Notes under the pieces: generated by a model
Databases searched by the model: none
The model's input: the letters and a program-made list of their open reading frames with translations, nothing else
What the model was told of the DNA's origin: nothing
Assembly (NCBI RefSeq): GCF_009914755.1
Contig: NC_060932.1
Reading direction: 5' to 3' (one strand)
Source of the DNA: the human T2T-CHM13v2.0 reference genome, Homo sapiens
Length of the DNA stretch: 64,000 nt
Program-made: the position numbers and the translations under genes
Shown here: in pieces, positions 13,860 through 25,933 of the stretch
Layout: every line of letters begins with the position of its first letter
How positions within the stretch are numbered: the stretch's first letter is position 1

Positions 13860-15862
13860 AAAAGGCTATGAAAACATTAGGCTGTTTTCTTCTGTCAGAC
13901 ACATGATAGGGTTACATTTCTCCACCCAAATGAAGTCAGACCAGTTATTCCTTCCTCTTACCATAAGGATCAGCAGCCTGAACTATTAAGTAGGATGATG
14001 GTGTTGATGTTGAATAGAGCTCCCAACCAACCCTTGATGGACACGTAATATGAGCTTCTGTGAGTGGAAAGACTTGCTACCCATATTGTTATGTATTGTT
14101 ATGTAGCCTATTTTCACCAATGCAGAAATTAGCTCCTAGAAATGGAGTGACCTCATAACAAAAAATCTAAACTATGTGGTACTGCCTTAAAGGCTGTGGA
14201 ACAGAGAATGAGGGAAATAATATTAAAGCCTGGAAATATTGTGAACCATGTTATTCATTAGCATGATATTTGATAGAAAGCATCACCTGTAATAACTCAA
14301 CAGGCAGATAATATATCCAATGAACTTATTGGTCTTAGAGAAGAGTTTAGAAAAAAAGAACATAGTACCATAAATTGGTGCTGTTTGCTCCATTTGAAAA
14401 GGTTCTATAATCACAGAAGAGACTTATGAATTTGCAAAAAGGGAATGAAAATTGAGAAGAAACTTGAAGGGGTATAAGGCTTATTAGAAAGGCAAAATAG
14501 AAAATTGAGACATTCCTTGAGTGACAAAAACTTAAAAGGTGATAGAACTCAGCCTTGCTGGTGAGGATAAAATCAGAGATTTTACTTATCACAACCATTG
14601 TTAAAACCTGAAAAAAATAGGTTAATATCATGCCTAGCAATTCCCCTGAGTTTTACAATATGGCTTAGGGAATTAAAGCTAAAAGTGTATTTCTCACCAC
14701 AAAGCTTCATAAGCTCAAAATATTTAGTAAGTCCAGAGAACGAGGCATGCGTCTAAAAGAAAGGTAGTCTTGGTTATTGGTATCTGGATCCTACTAGAAT
14801 CAAATAGAAGTCATTCTTCTGAGTTGTACTGTCTGGGAAGATATGAAACAATATTAAAACATTATTTGAGACCTAAAAAAAATTACTCTTTAAGTGCTAA
14901 CCTTCATGAGCAGGAAGCAAGCTAAAAAGCTGCTCTGCCTCCCAAGAGGGTATGTCCTCTAATACCCTCATTAGATGTAGTCAAGAAAGATAATAAACAA
15001 AGAGGACTTTTCCGAAAGTCAGAGCCAGTTGCCATAGAAATTATTTGACTATAGAGCCTTTTCCAGGAATGAGAAGTGAGGACTAATCAAGGAATGTTAC
15101 CTTTGCCAGAGATAGGGCCCATCCAACATCTGCTCAGTGGGATTTAGAATTGCTATGAACTAGTAACTATATGATGTCTCCTCTCCTCCAACCCACCCCT
15201 TTTTAAATGAGAATGCTGAAGTTGTCCTGTTTGCCTTCCATCATGGTATACTCTATATGTGACTGTAGTGGTTGTGGCAGGGTGAGGATGTAAAAAAGAA
15301 AAAATCACTTGTTTTTGTACTTCGTAGGTGTTTAGAACAAGAAGAATTATATGTGTTCCTGGTATCAACATTTTCCCCATTACCTCTTGATGCATTGACT
15401 ACAAGTTCACCCAAAGATCCTAGGCCTTGACTTGATGCTTTGACTTGATGGAACTTGGGGTGGCCTTCCTTGAGAAAGTGGTGAGTCTAATTTGTATAAG
15501 AGGGAGAGTGAAGCAAATATTTAGTGGCAAGAAGGGAGAACTATTGGGGATGTTCACAAATACGTTGCTTGTCCTTCATTCTCTGCATAGAATAGAATCA
15601 AACCTGCCTTCCTACTTCAGTTTGAACATAAGGCTTGTTTTTGTCAATACAATGTGAGAAGAACTGGTGTGTGTCACTTCTGGCTGTGTGTGTTTCACCA
15701 AGCTTCCTTCACCATTACCATAGCTACCTGCAGGGTTCCAGATATTGGGTACTCCATCAGCTTAAGTCCTAAAGTGAGATACGTATGGACCTCATCCCTA
15801 AAACTGATGAACTGTAGAAATGTTGTGTGAACCAGAAATAAACCAATCCTGCCTGATACTAT
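13860..15862 (+). mobile_element. MLT1I/J-like MaLR with 5' LTR, internal region and 3' LTR
   Basis: LTR-like sequence to about 14123. Internal region starts gaaattagctcctagaaatggagtg...aatctaaactatgtgg. A purine tract ggcaagaagggagaac precedes a second LTR at about 15542-15862. Boundaries approximate. Confidence 0.7.
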
Positions 15863-16950
15863 AGCCCTGGTATTACTCTTCCCTACTTCTTGGGAGCAAG
15901 CATGCCCATAGAGAATGCGTTTACTACTGCTCTTAGATGCCGTAAGTCTTACAGTTCCAATGATGCCTGGAAGATGTAATCAGAAAGCCCCACTGTCTAA
16001 AGATGTAAGTTAAATTTTCCAGCCTGGCCTCTATAAATAACAAAATCTTATCAGTGAATTATTTGTCTTATTCTCTATTGTATGGAAATTCAAGTATAGA
16101 ATAGAAGGACTGATCTGGAACACAACAAATGCAAAGTTTTTCAGCAACATTCGTTGGGCACTATTCTTACAAATCTTCACAACTACTTTAATATAGAGGT
16201 TTTGGTTATTATTCTCATATCCTTACAGATATTGTTAATAGTGATTAACAGTTTTTAAAGAAGAAGAAACTAAGACACAGAGAAGTTAATTGTTCAACAA
16301 ATTAGCTTCATTTCTTTTAGCTTATGATTTCTTAAAAAAAGATACCTAGAAAAGTGAATGAAACATTATTCTTTTTTATTTGTACAACCATGTGGGACTT
16401 TTTGGTTATGTCTGCATTATGTTTTGAGGAAAAAAGGAATTAGGTTTTTTAAGAATAAGAAATCAATGACCCCTAAATAAATAATTTACTAAAATAGAAT
16501 TCCATGCAAGTAAAGGAATCTGAAAATTTATTTTAAAATGTACTCATTAATAGCCTGTCAGACCAGAAAATTGTAAAACTCTGTAGCACTTCGTATTGCC
16601 TATTATGGGTAATAGTATATGGTGAAAATTTGATTTCACATTGATTGAGCCATTAGACAAATTAACTTTAAACATTCTTTGAAAAGCCATATCAGTATGA
16701 ATAGATGGATAAGTAGATATGCTGGTTGCATAATAAAATATTTTTAGAAGCATGTAGGAATCTTTGGGGGTAGGAGGTGCTGAACTTTTAAACACCATGG
16801 ATACCTACGTGGACTTCTCTAGGGTTCAACACAATTCTGGTACACTTATGCCTGCCCTTGCACTATCAAAAGTGTCATAGTATAAACAATTGATTAGTGG
16901 TCACCCTAACTACATGCTATCTTTTGATCTGCATGCATAAATCTCATATC

Positions 16951-17322
16951 TGCTGTGAACTGAAAATTTGTGCCCTACTCTCATTTATGTGTTGAAATCC
17001 TAACTCCCAATGTGATGATATTTGGACATGGGGCCTTTGGAAAATAATTATGGTTAAATTAGATCATGAGGGTGGAGCCACCATGATGGGATTAGTGCCA
17101 TTCTATGAAGATGAAGGGAGCAGAGTGCTCTCTCGCCACCATGTGAGGATATAAGAACACCACTTTCTTCAAACCAGAAAGAATTATTTCACCAGACACT
17201 GGATCTGCTGGCATCTTAGCGTTAGACTTCCCAGCCTTCCAGAATTGTGAGAAATAAATTTCTGTTACTTAAGCCACCCAGTCTGTGGTATTCTTTTATA
17301 GAAGCCTGAACTGACAAAGACA
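16951..17322 (+). mobile_element. MLT1A-like solo LTR
   Basis: TG...CA. Contains gttgaaatcctaactcccaatgtgatg and gtgagaaataaatttctgtt...aagccacccagtctgtggtatt. Confidence 0.9.
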
Positions 17323-17465
17323 GGCGATATCTTCCTTGTATTAAAAATAATGTACTGTGGAAATATAAGAGAATAATTATCAGCTAAGAGAGAGGGAATT
17401 TCAGCTCATGGTCAATTTTCTATCAAGATAAAATAATGTAAATGCACCGTATAGGTGTTGTTCTT

Positions 17466-17833
17466 TGATATGATTTGGCTTTGTGTCCCCCACTCAAATT
17501 TCATGTTGAATTGTTGTGGGAGGCACCTTGTGGGAGGTAATTGGATCATGGGGGTAAATTTTTCCTTTGCCATTCTCGTGATAGTGAGTGGGTTTTCATG
17601 ATATCTGGTTATTTAAAAGTGTGTACCACTTCCCCCTTCACTCTCTCTCCTGCCGGCATATAAAGATATGCTTGCTTCCTCTTTGCCCTTTGGCCATGAT
17701 TATAAGTTTCCTGAGGACTTCCAGCCATGCTTCCTGTACAGCCTGTGGAACTGTGAGCCAATTAAACCTATTTTCTTCGTAAATTATCCAGTCTCAGGTA
17801 GTTCTTTATAGCAGTAGAGAAAGGACTAATACA
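17466..17833 (+). mobile_element. MSTA-like solo LTR
   Basis: tgatatgatttggctttgtgtcccc...ggactaataca. Perfect 5-bp TSD ttctt at 17461-17465 and 17834-17838. Confidence 0.92.
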
Positions 17834-18914
17834 TTCTTGTAGCAAAAAGATAGAAAGTGTTATAACAGGCCCTTATGCAGTTTTCAAGGCTGATATAATA
17901 ATGCATTTGGTCAACTAGGTGAATGTTGGTAGAAGGTTAGTGTGTTGTTGGGTGGGGTAAGAAGTTTTTGATCCCTGTTCACCTCTATATTTTTGGTGAG
18001 AAAAAAGCAGGCTCATTTACCGTATCTCCAAAAGCAATCTTCAATCTAGTTTGGATACATAGTTGATTATGAATTTTATGAGCACTTAAGCTCTCAAAGC
18101 AATCATGTATTATCACATTTTCACATAGAAAAGCTATAACCACAAGTCTCTTCTCCAAATATGTCCACTTTTAACCTTATTTCTAACCTTATTTCCCAGT
18201 ATAAATTTACCTTGAATTGGTCTGAAGCCAGAATTTCTGAAAGAGTCAGGCAACTAATAAAGTTAGAGCTTCAGCTGCATTTACTTCTCAGGATATAAAC
18301 CCATTAAGTTACGCTAGATGGAGGGAAAGTCTTCAATGTAAAAGGGTTATGCAAAGAAATGCCATTAAGTAGGTGGATGGAAGCTCACTATATTGTAAGA
18401 GTTTCCAATGTTGGAAATTTCCATTGTTTATACAATTTTGTCGTACTTTCTACATAATATATCTTTGAATACCTTTTTCATTGTTAATCAGAATAATGTG
18501 CTTTGATCTTGACCCCTTTTCAATAAACATCTGCTTAATGAATCAGACATGAAGATAGACCCAATAGTTTTTGTAATAGACCATTTTATATTTGATATAT
18601 TCTCATTAGCAATCATGTAAATTTTTTAAAGGTCAAGAGGTCTAATACATATTTCAAGTGGTATATATCAGTAACTTAATCTTTCAAGAATGAAGACATA
18701 AATATTAAGAGATCCCAGTATTTAAAAGTATATTCAAGTAAAAAAGCCCTGATAATTCAGAAGCAACTCAGCTGGGTATATTTACTATTCTATTTCAGGT
18801 TGTTTCCAACATTTAAGGCCCTTTAGATTCGTGATCTGAGGTTAGGTAAAGAAATATGTCTCTAGTTAAGCCATTGCTGATCTTTCATATTTATATGGTG
18901 ACTTAGTATTTCCA

Positions 18915-19100
18915 AATAACTTTTATATACATTAAACCATTTAATCCCTGATATAGTCATCTGAGTCACGGATTGTTATCTTCACTTTTCATATGAGAAT
19001 GTTCCAGCTGAAAATCATAGTCCAAAATTACATAGCTATAAAATGACAGATCTGAGACTCAAAATAAAATGTTTTGCTTCCAAGTTTTCTGTTCTTTTCA
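18915..19100 (-). mobile_element. MIR fragment
   Basis: catttaatcc...ttatcttcacttttcatatgagaa...cacatagct-like MIR core in reverse. Confidence 0.6.
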
Positions 19101-21199
19101 GAAACGCTTTGTTCTGGGTTAGTTGCAATGTGTGTTTATAAAATTCAATATTTATGTCTGTTTAATTTTAAGTAGAGGCCTGGTGCTTCTTCTGTACTCA
19201 TGGAAGAGGCTGGAATATTAACTACATATTAACTATGTGTTAACTTAAAAGTAATCCATGCAGATAGTTTGTACAGGTTGCTAGAATACATTGAAATTCA
19301 TGTACTTTCTTGAAGAAATTCCATGATAAGATTAGAAAAAATAGTTATTGACCTCATGTAGCCATTCAGGTGAATGCCTCTGTTTTTCATGACTACAGGT
19401 CATAAAATGGGCACAATTATATTCAAGACCCTTGGTACAAACAACCAATGAAGTCCTCAACTCTTCATGCTCCCTTGTTCATGGCTGGCACTCTAAACTC
19501 TTTGCCTTGACCTACCAAAAATAAGACTTTTGGAAGTGTTTGTCTTCGTGGTTTAACTCTTCCCTGTACTGTCCTCATTACAATTGGTGTTGTTCCATAG
19601 TATTGCACTCTGGCTTTCTCAGCTCTCACTCATTTTAAATTATTCCACGACATTGCTTCTATATGCTCTGGGTAAACATTCTTGCTGTCTGTTCCAGCAT
19701 TTCTCTGAGTTTTACTCCAGGTCTAAGAAATGAGCCAGAAAAATGGGAAATACCAAACTTGGGAGTTTCTACTTACACAAATAAAGAAATATTGGTCACA
19801 GAGACCTATTTTAATGATCACTTAAAAGTGAGAGCAAATTCCAGAAGTCTAATTCACCTTATATTAAATACAATATTCATCTCTGGCCATGTGAAAGAGC
19901 AGTAGCTATCCAGCTGCTGCATTCCATTTTAGAAATGGCTGTCATTGCAGCAGTGGATGGATTAACACTTTCTTTATATATATCACTTTAAGATTGAGAT
20001 TAAAATGCTCTGTGTAAATGTAAGTTCTTAACAACCACTTGCAGGATTAAGGACTTCCCCAATATAGGTTGATGTTAGATACATTAATAGTTCTGAAGAA
20101 GCCATTACAGTTTATGGTGTCAGTGATTTGATGAGAGAATATAATAGGAACATCATCTCTGTGACCCAGCAAAATATCATTTATACCTTTGATGAGATGA
20201 AATAAAAGACATTAAACTTATGGGATATCTTAAGGTACAAAGAATGGTAAGAGAATGTTAGGTGACCTTGTGAATCAATTCTGTCACTGTTTCCAGGAAC
20301 AGTAATGAAAAATAAAATGGCAAAATATTAACTCGTTTATGAAGTCTTTTGAAAATATCTGGCAAGCTTCATGGACAATTAAAATAAAATAATTACAAAT
20401 CATAATATGGTAGAAACCAACCACAGCATTAATAACCACACAGAATTTCTTCAAGTCCCTGAGCTAACTATCCAGCCATAATTTCTTTTTATTTTGAATC
20501 ACACTGTAAGAAACAGTCCCTTAACTCCACCAATTCCCAGTCTCATAAGATTAGATATACAGCCATTTTGTATAATGTAAGTTTGAAGTTTATTTTGTAT
20601 ATGAGTTTTACATATGTTTATTAAACACCCTCTATATACTTATATTTGCATACATCTATCAATCTAGCAAACAGAATCCATGAAGGCAGGGTGACGGAGA
20701 ACTAGCCATTGAACCCCCGACTCAATTGTGTTTATTTGCTCTCCTTAGCTTCCTCCAGCTTTCTTTTTGCTTCGATGAATGTTTTGTTGATTTCACTTTT
20801 GAGAATCATTTTTAAATTTCTCTTGATCTGTTTGAGCTGTATCTCAGTAAATACCAGAGGAGTGTCAGAATCAATATACTTAAGCAGTAGCACTCATAGG
20901 AAAATTAGATCTCCATGTAAGTGAGAAACAATTTGGAAGAAAATACAGGAAAATAAATTAAGAGGGAAAAATGCCTCCCAAGGCTACATTGTTTCCTACT
21001 GTATTTATATTTATTTCAACAGGAGCAAATATGCTTTCTAAATGGCGCAGGATCAGATGCACCCTTAATAGGAATCAGGGATGAGAATATAATATCTGTC
21101 CCATGCCAATATGTTGCCTAGTCGTGTTCTTGTCATAATTCTAATAGTTTTGCCCCTTGATCTTTTAAAAATTTATGTTTTTGTAAAAGGGTTATGAAG

Positions 21200-21375
21200 C
21201 CTTTCTTGTATATAAACTCATTAGAATCTCAAAATATATCTGTAAGGTGGGAAGAAATTATTATCTATATCTTTCAAATAAGAATATTAGAACAAAAAGA
21301 CCCTATGTAACTATATTACCATTTTCCATGGTCACATAGTTCATAAGTGGCAGAGGAGAGATTTGAAACTTAGTT
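21200..21375 (-). mobile_element. MIR fragment
   Basis: ccatggtcacatagttcataagtggcagaggagagatttgaa resembles reverse MIR. Confidence 0.6.
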
Positions 21376-22144
21376 GTTGCTTTTTTATTTTTTTCTGGCA
21401 GTTTTATTTTATGGGAAAGTAAAATGTAAGGAGGCTGTTTCCTTGAAAAAAGTGTGGAGGCCATTATGTGATCATATCCCACAATTTCCATACCCTTACA
21501 AATTTATTTCAATCCAAATAGTCTCCAAAGCTGCTAGGAGAGGCAAATATTGGCTATATTTTCAGTGTCGTTTTTTATTAGAGATGCTGATAGAGTTGGA
21601 GTGGGAATCTTGATTGCAGGGAAAATAATTGCCACCTTGATATATTAGTGCTATAGAATAATCCTTCATCAGAACACACATGCTGCCCCAGTTTGCCTGT
21701 TTGTGTATACACACACATGCATGTGGGTGGTAGGATACAGTTCCACTAGGCTCCTCTCCACACCCCTCCCAGCAACTCTAGGTGAACACTCAATGCCGCT
21801 TCCATGTCCACAAGCAGAGCTGACTAATGATTTATCATATCACCTTTGAATAGGCAGAGAAGAGACTGGGAAATGGATGAAGGTGAAACCCTGTCAGAAC
21901 AAAAGAGATGATCCTGCCAATTGACATAAACCAAAACAAATGCTAAATCCATGTGGCTCTTCAGCCCCATCTTACACATGCCTCCTGAATCAAGAGAAAG
22001 GTGGGGTAGTTATGTAATTACTTTTCTCTTATCCATACCCTCTGTAGTTATTATCAGGACAAGAGGAAAGTCTATATTCCTGTCTTTCTGTCTCTTTTTC
22101 TCTCTGTCTCTTTCTCTCTTTAGGCTTTTTAATTTTAATTTAAA

Positions 22145-22370
22145 AAATTTAAAATTAATTTAAATTTAAACTAAATTTAAACTAAATTTAAACTTAATTT
22201 AAATTTAAACTAAATTTAAAATTAATTTAAATTTAAACTAAATTTAAAATTAATTTATATTTAAACTAAATTTAAAATTAATTTATATTTAAACTAAATT
22301 TAAAATTAATTTAAATTTAAACTAAATTTAAAATTAATTTAAATTTAAACTAAATTTAAAATTAAATTTA
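22145..22370. repeat. AT-rich minisatellite, 28-bp unit AAATTTAAAATTAATTTAAATTTAAACT
   Basis: About 7 full units (e.g. 22212-22239, 22240-22267, 22268-22295, 22296-22323, 22324-22351) plus partial units. Confidence 0.95.
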
Positions 22371-23225
22371 GATTTACAGGAAAGTTGCAGAGATAGTTCA
22401 GAGAGTTTCTATTCCTGTCGCCTAGTTTCTCCTATTGGTAACATCTTACCTTAATATGGTACATTTGTCAAAAAACAAAATTAGCCAGGCGTGGTGGCGG
22501 GCATCTGTAGTCCCAGCTACTCGGGAGGCCGAGGCAGGAGAATGCGTGAACTCGGAAGGTGGAGCTTACAGTAAGCCGAGATCACGCCACTGCTCTTTAG
22601 CCTGGGTGACAGAGCAAGAATCCATCTCAAAAAAAAAAAAAAAAATACACACATACATATATATAACCCAACATTGGTACACCACCATTAATTAAACTTC
22701 AAACTTGATTCTCGTTTTACTAGTTTTTCTCTAATACCATGTTTCTGTTCTAGAATACCATCCAGGATGCCACATTACATTTAGACATCGTATCTTCTTA
22801 GTTTTGTTTGGCCTCTGACTTTTCTTGTTTTTGATGACCTTGAAAGTCTTGAGGAGTAATGATAGGGTATTTTGTAGAATGTCCATTAATTGGGGTTTAT
22901 TGGATGTTTTTCTCATGGTTAGACAAAGGTTATGACTTCTTGGAAGGAAACCACAGAGGTGAAGTGCCATTCTGACTACAGTATATTAAGGCTGATGTTA
23001 TCAATGTGACTTCTCACTGATAGTTAACCTTCATCGTCAGAGGAATGTAGTGATTTTCAAGTTTTCTCCACTGTAAAGGTACTTTTCCTCTTTTTTCATA
23101 TTCTACTGTTTGGAAGCAAGTCACTAAGCACAGCCCACACTCAAGCTTGCTAGACAAGTGAGTTAAGCTCTACTTCCTGGTAGTTAGAGTATTCACATAA
23201 ATTATTCGAAATTTCTTCAGTTTGA
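22365..23225 (-). mobile_element. L1MC-type 3' UTR, interrupted by an Alu
   Basis: tttagatttacaggaaagttgcagagatagttcagagagttt...aacatcttacc...ggtacatttgtcaaaa matches the reverse L1MC 3' end. Confidence 0.8.
22476..22645 (+). mobile_element. 5'-truncated AluY-like element (right monomer only)
   Basis: ggagaatgcgtgaac...ggagctt diagnostic positions, poly-A tail, no left arm. Confidence 0.88.
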
Positions 23226-23229
23226 AAAA

Positions 23230-24790
23230 TTTTTTTTAACTTTCTTATGGAGCAAGTATACTGGTGAAAAATCCTCTCAGTTTTCATTGATCTGAAAATG
23301 TCTTTCCTTTGATTTCATATTTGAAGGATATCTTTGTTGAATATAGAAATGTAAGCTTACAGTTATTTTTTCTATTTGCTTACAATATTTTAAGTATATT
23401 ATTCAATTTTTTTCTGGCTTGCATTGTTTCTGATAAGAAGTTAGCAGTTATTCTTGTCATTATTCCTCTATAGGTAATGACCCTTTCAAGGTTTTCTCTT
23501 AATATTTGTATTTTATAAATGTAACTATGATCTGCATACATAGTTTTCTTTTTATTTCCTTAGATCAATTTCCCTTGAGCTTCTTGGATTTAATGCATTA
23601 ATAATTACAGTCAGATTTGGAAAATTCTGGTCACTATTTTTTCTGACGCCTATTTTTACTTTATTTTCTCCTCTCTCTCCTTCTGGGATTTGAATTACAA
23701 ATATTATACACCACTTTGGTATCCAGCAATTTGTTTTGTGTTGCTGTCAGCGGTGGTGGTGGTGGTGGTGGTGTGTGTGCATGTGTGTGCTTCATTTTCA
23801 TATATTTTAATTTAGATAGTTTTGTTTGACCCATCTTTAAGATTATTGATATTTTCAAATGCAGTGTTAAAGTTTTTATTTCTCTGTTGTGATTACTTAT
23901 TTATTCACTCGTTATGTCCATATTTCTATTTAAGGCATTGGATATGTTTCTAAGAGCTCTTTTAAAGTCTTGATCTGCTAATTTCAACATCTGCATCATC
24001 TCTATGTCTGTTTGTATGAGTTGTTTTTTAAACTTCCTCTTGAATACAGGTCACATTTTATCGCTTCTTGTATCTAGTAGTACTTTTTAAAATTTTGGGA
24101 TGCACATGGAGAATATTACATTCTCAAGAGTGAATTGTCAACTTTGCCTTGTTCCTGTTAAGGCTTGCTTTTAGGTTTTGTTGGAGTAGGCCTAGAGTAG
24201 CTTTATTCTTCATGTGAGGCCTTTCTAGGAACTCGTCGAAAGTCCCAATATATTTAGAGAGGTCTTTACACTTTGGCTGGTCAGAACTTCAATACCCTCC
24301 AGTATTGTATGATGCCCAGAATGTTCATTTGGCTCACAAATACTCAACAGCTTTTCTCTGAAGGCTTTGTCTTGTATTTTCCCGCATATATGCAGCTTTG
24401 CATTTGGCAAAAAGTGGAGGGGAGTCTTCTCTAGATTTCTGGACCTCTTCATGTATGTAACTAGCTCCTCTCTGGTGTCTTGCCCCACAAATAACAATCT
24501 CCTTAGAAATCCTGGACTTTGTATTCCAACTAATGAGATTGCTACTTTCTACTTGCAGTCCACTTCCTTGTGCTGCAGTTTCAATATTGACTTCAGCCAG
24601 AAAGTCCTGGTGAATTTGGTGTTTGCATTGTATACTTCTTTTATCTCAAATATAACATGCCTGTACTGTTTGTTTTCCACTGTGTGAAAAGAATTGCCTC
24701 ATATATTTTTGTCTAGTTTTATGGTTTCTCACGGTAAAATGATAATATCTGCTATTTTGTAATGATTAAAAGTGGAAGTCACTTACTTTG
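23230..24790 (-). mobile_element. Old L1M ORF1/5' region
   Basis: aatcctctcagttt...tctgaaaatgtcttt...ttgaaggatatctttgttgaatatagaa is the reverse of the L1 ORF1 C-terminus. Heavily diverged. Confidence 0.65.
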
Positions 24791-25620
24791 ACTTTTTTAA
24801 GTCATTTTATAAATTTGGTCAATGTCTTTTAATATTTCAGACTTATTGTTTTCCCACATATTACTTTAGATCCATGTTTTTCTTCCCAATGCCCAGCACT
24901 CATTCATAAAAATATAAGGCTACCCAGATTCTATATTACAAAAAATAGGGAAACTTGGACACTAGCAGAATATTTTAAATGAGTGACTATAGAAATTAGT
25001 TCAGGTTTTCTTCTGTCATTTAAATCTTATCAAGGATCAGAGATAATCCAACATATAAATATAAGGCCATTCAAAGATACTGAGCTTTTTTTTGGGAAAA
25101 ATGTCAGATCTCTGATTAAGAAACAGGAAGAAGCAAAAGACACAATTAGAACCTGTTGCTTTTTGGCACAACTTATTCCACTTTTATTTGAATTTTGGAT
25201 GTTCATGTGATTGATATCAGGCTTCCCAAATATTAGCTTTAAAAGATGCATGATTATGATGCTTTAACTTTAAACTTGGTCTTCAATTAACCCTTAAGGA
25301 TGAATAGACTGGTGCTTTTTGTTTTGTTTTATTTTTCTGTTCTCTTACAACCATGACATGGATGTTCCCAGTACCTTTGTTGCAGACATAGATATTTGGT
25401 ACAAGCACATGAGACCAAAATAAGAGAGCCAGCATAAAACTCTTTCATTCTAAGTAGTTGTAAGAACATTCACAAGTCATGATCTCCCTAAAAATCAGGT
25501 ATTTTGTCCAGTAATGTATATATATTAAGAAATAACTGTTTTGTTTGCTTAAAATATAATGTATATGAAAGCACTTTTAAATTGTAAAGTGCTATTTAGT
25601 ATACAAAATTATACTTATAT

Positions 25621-25933
25621 TGGGTATGGTGGCTCATGCCTGTAATCCTGTCACTTTGGGAGGCTGAGATGGGCAGATCACCTGAGGTCAGGAGTTCGAG
25701 AGCAGCCTGGTCAATGTGGTGAAACGACGTCTCTACTAAAAATAGAAAAATTAGCCAGACCTGGTGGTGCAGGCCTGTAATCCCAGCTACTGGGGAGGCT
25801 GAGACAGGAGAATCGCTGGAACCTGGGAGGTGGAGGTTGCAACCTGGGAGGCGGAGTGAGCCAAGATCACGCCAATGCACTCCAACCCGGGTGACAGAGT
25901 GAGACTCTATCAAAAAAAAAAAAAAAAAAAAAA
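25621..25933 (+). mobile_element. AluSx-like element with a 14-bp internal duplication
   Basis: Full dimer with poly-A tail. aacctgggaggYggag occurs twice in the right arm. Confidence 0.95.

Noticed and set aside
22145-22370. 28-bp periodic array considered as CRISPR-like
   Set aside because: Head-to-tail units with no unique spacers, no cas genes, and a primate context.
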